This document shows, piece by piece, positions 7,860 through 17,353 of a stretch of 25,488 nucleotides of DNA. The notes beneath the pieces were generated by a model, which was given only the letters and a program-made list of their open reading frames with translations, had not been told where the DNA came from and did not search any database. Source of the stretch: Fibrobacteria bacterium (lineage in GTDB: Bacteria > Fibrobacterota > Chitinivibrionia > Chitinivibrionales > FEN-1185); NCBI GenBank assembly GCA_037447435.1, contig JBBIGR010000057.1:1-25488 (forward strand), in the 5' to 3' direction. Positions within the stretch are counted from its first letter, which is position 1, and every line of letters starts with the position of its first letter. The translations under genes were made by a program, and so were the position numbers.

Positions 7860-8999
7860 GATATGCGTTAATTTCCCGATTATAAATAATACGATGAGTA
7901 TCATTGCGGTTGAACCTGCCGACCATGCGACAATGAGCGCCGGACTTTTTGCTTTCGCCGGCCGTTTCCTTTTTTGGGGAACCATCGCATCCGCGGCTTC
8001 GCCGCCTCCGGTCGGGTCCTTTACAAAGTGATACATCACGTCGGCGGGGGAGCGTTCCGAAAGGGTTTTAAATTCCCGGTAGAGGGCATTACCCATTTCT
8101 GCGGCGGTTGCAAAACGATCGTTGGGCGACATCGCCATGCTTTTTTGTATGGTTTCGACCAGCGACGGGCTTAATTCGAGCCCGAACGAATCGATGGGCG
8201 CATATTCGCCTTTTGATTTATGTCTGACAAGTTCGGAAATCGTTTTTTGGGGGAACGCGCGCTGGCCCGTTATCATTTCATAAAGAACGCTTCCCAAGGA
8301 GAACACGTCGCTTCTATGGTCTATGTCTTTTCCTTCCAATTGTTCGGGAGACAAATAGGCGAGCGATCCCATGACTTTGCCGCCGATGGTATGGAGGCTC
8401 ACTTCGGTGGGCCGTGCGATGCCGAAATCCATAAGCTTGACTATGCCGTCGCTAGATATGATGATATTGTCGGGCTTGATGTCGCGATGGATTAATCCTT
8501 TGTATACCTTGCCGTACAACGTATAGTCCTTGATATGTGCGTAATGCAGCGCCTGGCTCACGAAGTAGGCGGAAATAAGCGCCGCAGGCAATGGAAACCG
8601 GGTGTATTTGGTGAGCGTGTCGCGTATCGACGAGCCGTCGATGAATTCCATTTCTATAAACGGCACGTTTTGCTCCCAATACCCGATGTTATGGATTTCG
8701 ACGATATTGGGGTGATGAATGTCGGCGAGGATTTTAGCTTCTGTAAAGAACCTGTCCCGCAGTTCCTTGTCGGATGCGTTTTTGAGTATCTTGAGCGCTC
8801 TGGTTACTTCCAATCCTTCATGCCAAATTTTATAGACATTCGCCATACCGCCTTCGCCGACCAGCAATACGATCCTATTGGGTCCGATTTTGTCCCCGAC
8901 ATTAGGCATCGGCGATTGATAGGGGTTTGGTTGCTGTTGTTGCGGGGCGCGGACATACCGTTTGCCCGGTTCGGAAAGTTCGGAAGAAGGTTCATTCAT
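7851..8999 (-). CDS. Hanks-type Ser/Thr protein kinase with C-terminal membrane anchor
   Basis: GEGGMANVY, ALK, HPNIV, HRDIKPDN, DFG, YLSPEQ, RSDVFSLG; hydrophobic C-terminal segment. Confidence 0.95.
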   Translation of the reverse strand: MNEPSSELSEPGKRYVRAPQQQQPNPYQSPMPNVGDKIGPNRIVLLVGEGGMANVYKIWHEGLEVTRALKILKNASDKELRDRFFTEAKILADIHHPNIVEIHNIGYWEQNVPFIEMEFIDGSSIRDTLTKYTRFPLPAALISAYFVSQALHYAHIKDYTLYGKVYKGLIHRDIKPDNIIISSDGIVKLMDFGIARPTEVSLHTIGGKVMGSLAYLSPEQLEGKDIDHRSDVFSLGSVLYEMITGQRAFPQKTISELVRHKSKGEYAPIDSFGLELSPSLVETIQKSMAMSPNDRFATAAEMGNALYREFKTLSERSPADVMYHFVKDPTGGGEAADAMVPQKRKRPAKAKSPALIVAWSAGSTAMILIVLFIIGKLTHILP

Positions 9000-9048
9000 G
9001 GAAAAGCGCCTTTTTTAAGAAAAACCTGATTTTCACGATGTTTTTTAA

Positions 9049-9062
9049 TATACTATAGTATA
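9049..9062. promoter_or_regulatory. Perfect 14-bp palindrome in a divergent intergenic region
   Basis: TATACTATAGTATA is its own reverse complement and gives TATACT on both strands. Confidence 0.4.
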
Positions 9063-9130
9063 GGATTTAATCAGTAAAAAGAAAATACTTTTCAATTCAA
9101 ATCGTCATAATCGAGACCTATTTTTCAACC

Positions 9131-10132
9131 ATGAATTTTCTGGTTATACGTTTGTCGTCTCTGGGCGACGTAATTTTAGCAACATCGGTTTTCTCCGCCC
9201 TGCATTCGACCTATCCGGATGCTGCCATATGGTTTGTTACGGATGAAAAATACGTCGGTTTGTTCAAAGACGATACGCGACTCGCCCGCATCCTCGGTAT
9301 AAAAAAAACGCAGAACCCCTATTGTTTACCCGAATTGAAACCCATCGCATGGGACAGAATTGTGGATTTGCAAAATAACGCTCGAAGCGCGTTATTGCGC
9401 AAAAACCTTTCCGCAAAAAACGGCATCGGCATTTTTGAAAAAAAACATTGGGCACGGACGAAATTATTATTGTTCCGCAAGGATTCGTACGGCGAACTCG
9501 ATCATGTCATTGCCCGCTATACCGCTGCAATAGGCGTTAAGGACCTGCGGCCGTTTCCGGCAACATTGACAATACATAATTCCATTGATGCCGATTCGTT
9601 CAGATCGGTTGCCGCGACCGGCATGATACGGCCCATGATTGCCTTGTTTCCGTTTTCGGCATGGAAGAATAAACAATGGCCGATCAATTTTTACGGGTTT
9701 GTTGCAAAGTATTTTATTGTCAAGGGCTGGAACGTATTCATTTACGGGGACAAAAGCGAAGCCGAGCAAGCCGAGCAGTTGCGGGCAAAGGTCGGCGATA
9801 ATTGCATATCGGTTGCCGGAAAATTGTCTTTATATGAATGCGCCAGCCTGCTTAAAAAAAGCAAACTTGCGCTCGGCAATGATTCGGGGCTCGTTCATTT
9901 GGCCAGGGCCTGCGGGGTTAAAACAGGCATTATTTACGGCTCGACGACCAAGCATTTCGGCTTTTTTCCTTTTAAAGGCCCGGCATATAAAATTTTCGAA
10001 TCTCCATTGGTATGCAGGCCTTGCCACGCGCATGGCGGAAATATTTGTTTGCGGGGAACTCATATATGCCTGAAAAAAACTCGTCCGGAAACAGTCATAG
10101 CAGGTTTATTGGCTTTGTACCATGAGGAATAG
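9131..10132 (+). CDS. GT9 family LPS heptosyltransferase (WaaF/RfaF-like)
   Basis: IRLSSLGDVIL, DLQNN, KQWP, LGNDSGLVHLA, C-terminal CRPC...C...C. Confidence 0.9.
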   Translation: MNFLVIRLSSLGDVILATSVFSALHSTYPDAAIWFVTDEKYVGLFKDDTRLARILGIKKTQNPYCLPELKPIAWDRIVDLQNNARSALLRKNLSAKNGIGIFEKKHWARTKLLLFRKDSYGELDHVIARYTAAIGVKDLRPFPATLTIHNSIDADSFRSVAATGMIRPMIALFPFSAWKNKQWPINFYGFVAKYFIVKGWNVFIYGDKSEAEQAEQLRAKVGDNCISVAGKLSLYECASLLKKSKLALGNDSGLVHLARACGVKTGIIYGSTTKHFGFFPFKGPAYKIFESPLVCRPCHAHGGNICLRGTHICLKKTRPETVIAGLLALYHEE

Positions 10133-10226
10133 GTGTTGTAAATTTGTATCGATTTATTTTTGGAAAAAAGCTATCTTTAATGTCTATTGCCAGTGGACAA
10201 AGTGAATGTCGGGAATTGTATTTGAT

Positions 10227-10523
10227 ATGAAAAAATATATTTTGAATGCGGCATTACTTTTGATGCTGTTTGCGGGGCGTTTATATCCCCAGCAGGCAAA
10301 GCTTGATTCCAATTTAATTGCGTATTATGCCGGCGTTCAGGTTATTTCGGCCGATACTTCGGTTGGGCGAAAAGAAATGGCAAAGCGTTACAGGCTTCTG
10401 TGCAAGGTCACGCATACGACCCGGGAGCAGGCCCGGGAATATTTGAAACAATTGAAAAATAATCCAGCCGAATGGCAAAAATTCCAGTCTTCGGTATTGG
10501 AACTTTTACAGAAAAAAGGGTAA
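10227..10523 (+). CDS. Hypothetical small exported protein
   Basis: MKKYILNAALLLMLFAG signal-peptide-like start (alternative ATG 10206); helical mature part; co-oriented between GT9 and trxA. Confidence 0.65.
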   Translation: MKKYILNAALLLMLFAGRLYPQQAKLDSNLIAYYAGVQVISADTSVGRKEMAKRYRLLCKVTHTTREQAREYLKQLKNNPAEWQKFQSSVLELLQKKG

Positions 10524-10536
10524 AAAGGAGAATTCC

Positions 10537-10869
10537 ATGTCCAGCGCAGCATTGTATGAGTTTACAGATGATAATTTCGAAGCCGAGGTTCTTAAATCGT
10601 CGATCCCGGTTGTCGTTGATTTTTGGGCCGAATGGTGCGGACCGTGCAAACTGTTGACTCCCATCGTCGATGAATTGGCAAATGTATATGCGGGTAAGGT
10701 GAAAATCGGCAAGCTGAACGTGGACAATTCGCCGGTGACCGCATCAAAGTATGCCGTTAACTCCATTCCGACCATGCTTTTCATCAAGTCGGGAAATGTT
10801 TTTGATCAGCATGTCGGCTTGTTGGCCAAAAAGTCCTTGCAATCGAAAATCGATAAATTCATCCTGTAG
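10537..10869 (+). CDS. trxA: Thioredoxin
   Basis: VVDFWAEWCGPCK, KLNVD, SIPT; AGGAG upstream. Confidence 0.96.
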   Translation: MSSAALYEFTDDNFEAEVLKSSIPVVVDFWAEWCGPCKLLTPIVDELANVYAGKVKIGKLNVDNSPVTASKYAVNSIPTMLFIKSGNVFDQHVGLLAKKSLQSKIDKFIL

Positions 10870-10912
10870 CATAATTATCGGATCCTAGACAACCACTCCG
10901 GGACATATTCTT

Positions 10913-12394
10913 ATGAACATAGTAGCCTTGAATCCGCCGTTTTTGCCCCGGTATTCCCGTGAATCCCGTTCGCCGGCAGTGGCCAAAAGCGGGACATTGT
11001 ATTATCCCATGTGGCTATCGTACGCCGCAGGGTATCTTGAAAAGCAAGGGCATACGGTTGTCATAATAGACGCGCCGGCGCAAGGGCAAAGCGTCGACGA
11101 GATCACGCAGCGCATCGTGACGTTCAATCCCGGGCTTTTACTGGTGGACACTTCGACGCCCAGTATTTACAGCGATATTCAAATCGCTCTCGGGCTCAAA
11201 AAGGCCGTACCCGGTCTTTTTATCGTTCTGGTCGGGTCCCATGTTTCCGCCGTTCCCATCGAAACTTTGGCAATCGATCCGAGGATCGATGCTGTTGCCT
11301 ATGGAGAGTATGAAGAAACGGCGGTCGCGATCGCCGCGGCCCTCGATACTCCAATGACCGATGAGAAGCTCTCGAATATCGAAGGAATCGCATTCCGCAA
11401 CAGTGCGGGCGAAATCGTGAAAAACAAGCCGAGGGCCTTTATAGAAGACCTCGATATTTTGCCCATGGTTTCCGAAATATACAAGAAACATTTGTCCATA
11501 GAACCGTATTTTTACGGCCATAGCCGCCATCCGATCATCGTGATCGTTACCGGGAGGGGATGCCCGTTTCATTGTACGTATTGCGTTGTGCCGCAGGTAT
11601 TGCAAGGGCACAAATACCGGCGCCGCAGCGTGGAGAACGTTGTCGCGGAATTTAAATATATCCATGAAAATTTTCCCGATGTCAAGGAAATCATGATCGA
11701 AGACGATACCCTGACCGCCGACGCGAAACGCTGCAGGGAATTGTCGCACATGCTTATTGATCAAAAGCTGACGAAAATTCCCTGGTCTGCCAATTCCCGC
11801 GCCGACGTCGACATCGAGACTATGAAACTCATGAAAAAAGCGGGATGCCGGTTATTTTGCGTCGGGTTTGAAAGCGGGGATCAACGGATACTCGACAATA
11901 TTAAAAAAGGCACGAAAATAGACCGCATTAAATCGTTTGTCAAAGACGCAAAACGTGCGGGAATACTCATACACGGCTGCTTTATGGTCGGCAACCGGGG
12001 CGAAACCGTGCAAACGCTCGAAACGACTTTGCGATTTGCCAAAGACCTTTCTCCGGACACTGCCCAGTTTTTTCCCATAATGGTTTATCCGGGAACAAGC
12101 GATTACGCGTTTTTCAAGGAAAAAGGCTGGATCATGACCGAAGATTACCGGCAATGGCTCACCGCCGACGGGCTTCATTCGTCGGTCGTGTCGAACCCCG
12201 ACCTTTCGTACGAGACGCTTGTTGATTTTTGCGATAGGGCGCGTCGGGAATTTTACCTGCGGCCTCGTTATGTAGCGGGAAAAATGGTTCAGGCGATTTT
12301 CGATCCGGGCGAAGCCAAACGGCTGATCAAGGGGTTCTCGGCATTGTTGCCCTATCTGCTCCATCGATCGCTTTCAAAAAAAGAAAATCCGTGA
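10913..12394 (+). CDS. Cobalamin-binding radical SAM protein (HpnJ/BchE-like)
   Basis: LNPP...YYPMWLSY N-terminus, VGSHVS and GEYE in the B12 domain, GRGCPFHCTYC (CxxxCxxC), EDDT, GFESG. Confidence 0.88.
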   Translation: MNIVALNPPFLPRYSRESRSPAVAKSGTLYYPMWLSYAAGYLEKQGHTVVIIDAPAQGQSVDEITQRIVTFNPGLLLVDTSTPSIYSDIQIALGLKKAVPGLFIVLVGSHVSAVPIETLAIDPRIDAVAYGEYEETAVAIAAALDTPMTDEKLSNIEGIAFRNSAGEIVKNKPRAFIEDLDILPMVSEIYKKHLSIEPYFYGHSRHPIIVIVTGRGCPFHCTYCVVPQVLQGHKYRRRSVENVVAEFKYIHENFPDVKEIMIEDDTLTADAKRCRELSHMLIDQKLTKIPWSANSRADVDIETMKLMKKAGCRLFCVGFESGDQRILDNIKKGTKIDRIKSFVKDAKRAGILIHGCFMVGNRGETVQTLETTLRFAKDLSPDTAQFFPIMVYPGTSDYAFFKEKGWIMTEDYRQWLTADGLHSSVVSNPDLSYETLVDFCDRARREFYLRPRYVAGKMVQAIFDPGEAKRLIKGFSALLPYLLHRSLSKKENP

Positions 12395-12398
12395 AACT

Positions 12399-13559
12399 AT
12401 GGTGTTGTTCATTGCGCAAATAATTTTCTGGATTTCGCTTTTTCTCCTTTTGTATTCGTACGGCCTGTATCCTACCGTGCTTTCTCTGTGCGCAAAGCTG
12501 TTCGGCAACCCCGCAAAAACCGACGACAATTCGTTGCCCACGATTGCCTTCGTCGTGCCCGCGTATAACGAACAGGCGGTGATTGCCCGGAAAATAGAAA
12601 ACATTCTTTCCCTCGATTACCCGCAGGACAAAATAGAAATCTGGGTCGGTTCGGATTGCAGCACCGATTCGACGCACGATATCGTGCTGAATTTCGGCGA
12701 CCCCCGGGTCCATTTATGGATAGCCGATTCCAGGGGCGGAAAAACCCAAGTCATAAACAAATTGGCCCCCTCGTTGCAAACGCAGGTACTGATTTTTACC
12801 GATGCAAATACCGTGCATCGGCCCGACAGTATCAGGAAAATGATGCGGTATTATGCGGATCCCCACGTGGGCGGCGTTGCGGGGCATATCGAGCATCGCT
12901 TTACCAATAAGGAGATCGAAGAGGTTTTATATCGCTCGTTCGAATCGCGGCAAAAGGTCATGGAATCGCAATTGCACAGCACGATTTCGGCGTTCGGCGG
13001 GTTCTATTCGGTTCGGAAAGAGGTGTTCAGACCGATCGCGTACAACGCGTATTCCAACGACGACGTCTTGATTCCCATGAATACGATTCGCCAAGGTTAC
13101 CGCATGATTTTCGCCGTGGAGGCCGTTTCCGAGGAAAATACCACGGAAAATCTGAAGCACGAATTCAAGCGCAGGGTCCGCATCGGCGCAGGAAATTTCC
13201 AGGCGTTTTTCTGGCTTTTGGATTTTTTAAATCCCGCACGGGGATGGCCTTGTTTCTGCTACGTGTCGCATAAGGCGACCCGATGGTTTTCACCGTGGTT
13301 TATGCTTGGCGCCTTATTGTCTTCTTTTGCATCGGTTATCCTTAAAGGACCCGTTGTCTATGGCGTCCTGTTTTTCTGCGGCTGCGCAGGCATTGCGGCC
13401 GCACTGTCGTACAGAGTAATCAAACTGCCGTTGCTTCGGCCGTTGTACTATTTCCTCATTATGAACACCGCATTGATTTTTGGTTTTTTCCGTTACCTGG
13501 GCGGGATTAAAACCGCGGCTTGGAGCCATACCGAACGAAGCGCCAACGAGGTTGCCTAA
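12399..13559 (+). CDS. Membrane GT2 glycosyltransferase (cellulose synthase-like/IcaA-like fold)
   Basis: N-terminal TM, VPAYNE, SDCSTD, GGK, FTDAN, NDD, RRVRI in place of QxxRW, several C-terminal TM segments. Confidence 0.9.
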   Translation: MVLFIAQIIFWISLFLLLYSYGLYPTVLSLCAKLFGNPAKTDDNSLPTIAFVVPAYNEQAVIARKIENILSLDYPQDKIEIWVGSDCSTDSTHDIVLNFGDPRVHLWIADSRGGKTQVINKLAPSLQTQVLIFTDANTVHRPDSIRKMMRYYADPHVGGVAGHIEHRFTNKEIEEVLYRSFESRQKVMESQLHSTISAFGGFYSVRKEVFRPIAYNAYSNDDVLIPMNTIRQGYRMIFAVEAVSEENTTENLKHEFKRRVRIGAGNFQAFFWLLDFLNPARGWPCFCYVSHKATRWFSPWFMLGALLSSFASVILKGPVVYGVLFFCGCAGIAAALSYRVIKLPLLRPLYYFLIMNTALIFGFFRYLGGIKTAAWSHTERSANEVA

Positions 13560-13562
13560 GGA

Positions 13563-14345
13563 TTATAAATGCTGGCCTTCGGGCGGAATATCGGGGATAG
13601 GCCTGATATTGAAATAGATTTTCATAAACAATGTGAATGCTTCCTCGAATTTTTTTCCGTACGAAATTTCGCTGTTTCTTTTCGGATTATCCAATTCTTT
13701 ATCCTGCCATTCCTTGATCTGGAATATGAGTTCCTTTGAAATGATCCGAAGCTTGATGATATGATCCGGCTCGGTTCTCCATTGATTGATGCGATAGTCG
13801 GATTTCGGAGATGTCAGCGACACGTCGTAAATCGAATCGGGTATGCAAATTCCCTTGGGTAATGCGTACGGAGAATTTCTGGCTGCGCAGTATAGAAAAT
13901 AAAACCCTTTCAGAAAACGCGGAAAATACGCATCGAGGTAGAGCAGTCTTTCCCATTTACTCCGTTGCAAATCGTGTTCAAATGTTTCGAGCGTGGAAAT
14001 GAAGCCCTTGCATACTTTGTTGATCACCGCGGCCTCAAAATCGGACATCATGTACGATTTATCGGGCGTTTCCGCATGAACGGTTTTCTGTCTGCCGTCT
14101 TTGGTGATTTTTACTTCGTAATCGATGCCCGGCGCAATAAGGCAGAAATAATTGCCGTCGTCATTGTCGTACGATACTTTCACTTTTTCGAAAATATGAG
14201 TGTCTTCGGAATAGGAAATGCTGAGATTCGCCAGCGGAATATTGAATTGGGAACGTTTGGCAGTGCTTTCTTGCGCGTACGATAGCCATGCGGCTGCCAC
14301 TGCGATGATAAAAATGGCCTTTATTGCCTGTGCAATCACGTTCAC
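13563..14345 (-). CDS. Hypothetical exported protein
   Basis: 260-aa ORF filling the gap between convergent neighbours; signal-like N-terminus ending SYA-QES; no family recognised. Confidence 0.7.
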   Translation of the reverse strand: MNVIAQAIKAIFIIAVAAAWLSYAQESTAKRSQFNIPLANLSISYSEDTHIFEKVKVSYDNDDGNYFCLIAPGIDYEVKITKDGRQKTVHAETPDKSYMMSDFEAAVINKVCKGFISTLETFEHDLQRSKWERLLYLDAYFPRFLKGFYFLYCAARNSPYALPKGICIPDSIYDVSLTSPKSDYRINQWRTEPDHIIKLRIISKELIFQIKEWQDKELDNPKRNSEISYGKKFEEAFTLFMKIYFNIRPIPDIPPEGQHL

Positions 14346-14415
14346 CCACTACGCTCTAGGCCCGCAAGATTTTCTTGGGACCAATGTTCGCATAAAAGCT
14401 TTTGGAATGTAATCC

Positions 14416-14452
14416 TAATGATTCGGCCGATGCGGCCGAATCATTATTTTTT
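14416..14452 (+). terminator. Strong hairpin; T-tract on the + strand
   Basis: TAATGATTCGGCCG-ATG-CGGCCGAATCATTA (14-bp perfect stem, 14416-14446) followed by TTTTTT. Confidence 0.6.
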
Positions 14453-14500
14453 ATTATTCCGAGAATCGAGGGCATTGTCACATCGGCGATGTGCATTATG

Positions 14501-15214
14501 TCATGCGACTCTGTCGGCCTGGTTTTCCTCAGCAATCAGCAGGATTCGTGGGTCGAGTTTCAAATGCATTTCGGGAACAACGTTTGCGTCATGGTCTTTT
14601 ACCAGGTTCAAATGAATAAGGTCGGCGCGTCCTTCCAGACAAATCAGGATTGCGACATCATTCATATACGGTTCAAGAACCTTGGGAACGGAACCCTTGA
14701 CGTCTTCCTTTACGGCTGCAGAAAACCATATTTCGAAACCGTTGTCTTTTGCAAAACGCTTGAATTCCTTGATTTCGGAAACGGATCCGGTTGCGAAATC
14801 GTACCCATCGACGATAATGGTCTCAACAGTAAAGTTCCCTTTTTCAATGAGCATTCTGACGTTGCTTTCGATTTTCTCAACGCCCACTTTGCCCTGCTGA
14901 AAATTCATAACAATTCTGTTTTTGATTATATCATCATGAACATCCATGGCGCAATCAAGTTTATAACGTTTCGAAAGTTCCTGGAAAATATCTTCGTACC
15001 AGGTCACGATATGGTCGATATTGCCGGAAAACGAAAGGTGGATAACATGCTTGTTCTGAAGCAATTTATCGGTGGCTATGTGGACCAAACAAGCTGTTTT
15101 GCCCTGTCCTTTTTTCCCTGCGATAACACCGATATTTCCTTTACCCACACCGCCTCGGGTAGATTTTTCAAGAATCCGTAACGGGCTTCGCCTGACGAGT
15201 TCTTTTTTTACCAT
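14501..15214 (-). CDS. Single-domain RecA/KaiC/DnaB-like P-loop ATPase, function unknown
   Basis: GGVGKGNIGVIAGKKGQGKT (Walker A), IHLSF, IIVDG (Walker B). Start moved to ATG 15214 by GGAGG at 15223-15227. Confidence 0.75.
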   Translation of the reverse strand: MVKKELVRRSPLRILEKSTRGGVGKGNIGVIAGKKGQGKTACLVHIATDKLLQNKHVIHLSFSGNIDHIVTWYEDIFQELSKRYKLDCAMDVHDDIIKNRIVMNFQQGKVGVEKIESNVRMLIEKGNFTVETIIVDGYDFATGSVSEIKEFKRFAKDNGFEIWFSAAVKEDVKGSVPKVLEPYMNDVAILICLEGRADLIHLNLVKDHDANVVPEMHLKLDPRILLIAEENQADRVA

Positions 15215-15268
15215 ATGACTATCCTCCATAAAAATCGAATTTTCGTTCTATTAAATTGTGGTCACTCA

Positions 15269-17353
15269 TCAAGCACGTTTGTTTGCCGTTTCCTGATATT
15301 GTTTAATAAGGGCCTCGGACGTATTCGCTGGAACTCTTCCGTATTTGGCGAACTCCATGGTAAATTGCGCCTTACCTTGTGTTAAGGACCGAAGTATCGT
15401 TGAATATCCGAACATTTCCGCGAGCGGCACTTCGGCATCTACCCGGGAGAAACTGTTGTCTTCGGACGTACTGATAATGATACCGCGGCGTTGGTTGATC
15501 GATCCGAGAACGTTGCCCTGGAATTCTGCCGGTCCTTCTACCGATACTTTCATGATCGGTTCCAGGATATGGGGCTTTGCCCGATCGTAACCCTGGCGGA
15601 ATGCGCCGATTGCGGTGAGCTGGAACGCCATATCCGAGGAATCGACCGGATGGCTGTTTCCGTCGTTGATCGTAATTTTGACGCCGACAATAGGGAAGCC
15701 GATCATTGTCCCTTTTGCCAAACAAGCGCGGAAGCCCTTGTCGCAGGAAGAAATGAATTCTCTCGGAATCGCGCCGCCCGTGATTTCGTCGATGAATTCA
15801 TAATCCTTTTCTTGTATGGGTTCCATGATCCCGGCAACTCGTCCGTATTGTCCGGAACCGCCGCTCTGCTTTTTATGGGTATAGTCGAATTCGACTTTCT
15901 GGGATATCGTTTCCCGATACGCAACCTGCGGCATACCGGTTTCGATTTCCACATTGTATTCGCGACGCATACGTTCGATATAGATTTCCAAATGAAGTTC
16001 GCCCATACCGCGGATAATGGTTTCTTTCGATTCCGAATCCACGAACGCGCGGAAGGTCGGGTCTTCTTTTGTAAACCTATTCAGCGCTTTCGACATATTG
16101 TCGGCCGATTTGTTGTCTTTTGGTTTGATTGCCAAAGAGATAACCGGTTCGGGCACGAACATCGACGTGAGCGAGTAGTTGAGGCCCGCGGACGTAAACG
16201 TGTCTCCCGAGGCGCAATCGATGCCGAACAAAGCGACGATATCGCCGCAGCTGGCAACCGTGATATCTTCCATGGATGCCGCATGCATACGAACCAAACG
16301 TCCTACCTTGAATCTCTTTTTGGTGCGGTTGTTGGTAAGTTCGTCGCCTTTTTTCAGGCAACCTTGATAAATGCGGATATAGGTAAGCTGACCGTAATGG
16401 CCTTCTTCGAGTTTGAACGCCAGTGCAACGGTCGGCTTGTCGTCGCTTGCTTCAAGAGGTACTTCGGCTTCGTTGTTGTCGAGATCGAGTGCCATATATT
16501 GGCGATCGATCGGGGCGGGAAGGAAGTCGATGACCGCATCGAGAAGCGACTGTATGCCTTTATTCTTATATGCGGTTCCCATATAAACGGGAGTAAGGTC
16601 TAAAGATAAAACGCCTGTGCGCATTGCCGCGCGAATTTGCTCGACGGTTTCTTTGCCTTCCAAATACGCTTCGGCAAGTTCGTCGGAATACATGGAAAGA
16701 GCGTCCATCATTTCATTGCGTTTTGCCGTTGCTTCGTCGACAAGATCCGCGGGAATTGCTTCTTCGCGGATATTTTCACCATGGTCTCCGTCGAAATAAA
16801 CCGCTTTCATGGTCACTAAATCGACGACGCCGCTGAACTTGTCTTCAAGTCCGATCGGGATTTGCACGAGCACGGCATTGTGGCCGAGTTTTTCGCACAA
16901 TTGTTCTTTGACCCGGTACGGATTAGCTCCCGAACGGTCGCATTTGTTGATAAATGCAACACGGGGCACTTTATAGCGTTTGAGCTGGCGGTCGACGGTG
17001 ATAGACTGGGATTGGACGCCGCCGACGGAGCACAAAACAAGGATGGCGCTGTCGAGCACGCGAAGCGCACGTTCGACTTCGATGGTGAAATCCACATGGC
17101 CGGGTGTGTCGATGATGTTGATGGAATGTTTCCGCCATTCGACATTTGTGGCCGCCGACGCAATCGTAATACCGCGTTCGCGCTCAAGTTCCATGGAATC
17201 CATGGTTGCACCGACGCCGTCTTTTCCCTTAACCTCATGGATTGCGTGGATTTTGTTACAATAATAAAGAATACGTTCGCTCAGGGTTGTTTTTCCTGAA
17301 TCGATGTGGGCGCTGATGCCGATATTGCGCATCGTTAAAATTTCACTTGCCAT
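15269..17353 (-). CDS. fusA: Elongation factor G (spirochete/deltaproteobacterial, mtEFG1-like subtype)
   Basis: [71 protein letters not shown]. Confidence 0.96.
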   Translation of the reverse strand: MASEILTMRNIGISAHIDSGKTTLSERILYYCNKIHAIHEVKGKDGVGATMDSMELERERGITIASAATNVEWRKHSINIIDTPGHVDFTIEVERALRVLDSAILVLCSVGGVQSQSITVDRQLKRYKVPRVAFINKCDRSGANPYRVKEQLCEKLGHNAVLVQIPIGLEDKFSGVVDLVTMKAVYFDGDHGENIREEAIPADLVDEATAKRNEMMDALSMYSDELAEAYLEGKETVEQIRAAMRTGVLSLDLTPVYMGTAYKNKGIQSLLDAVIDFLPAPIDRQYMALDLDNNEAEVPLEASDDKPTVALAFKLEEGHYGQLTYIRIYQGCLKKGDELTNNRTKKRFKVGRLVRMHAASMEDITVASCGDIVALFGIDCASGDTFTSAGLNYSLTSMFVPEPVISLAIKPKDNKSADNMSKALNRFTKEDPTFRAFVDSESKETIIRGMGELHLEIYIERMRREYNVEIETGMPQVAYRETISQKVEFDYTHKKQSGGSGQYGRVAGIMEPIQEKDYEFIDEITGGAIPREFISSCDKGFRACLAKGTMIGFPIVGVKITINDGNSHPVDSSDMAFQLTAIGAFRQGYDRAKPHILEPIMKVSVEGPAEFQGNVLGSINQRRGIIISTSEDNSFSRVDAEVPLAEMFGYSTILRSLTQGKAQFTMEFAKYGRVPANTSEALIKQYQETANKRA

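Noticed and set aside
10913..12394. BchE and photosynthesis
   Set aside because: Only fold-level resemblance; no bacteriochlorophyll genes nearby.
14402..15181. 259-aa ORF antisense to the ATPase
   Set aside because: The opposite strand has Walker motifs and a strong SD; this frame begins across a terminator-like hairpin.
14501..15214. Circadian KaiC or replicative DnaB
   Set aside because: Single short domain; no tandem KaiC domains, no kaiB, no DnaB N-terminal domain.
15491..16603. 370-aa ORF antisense to fusA
   Set aside because: Codon-register shadow of EF-G; no protein-like features or SD seen.
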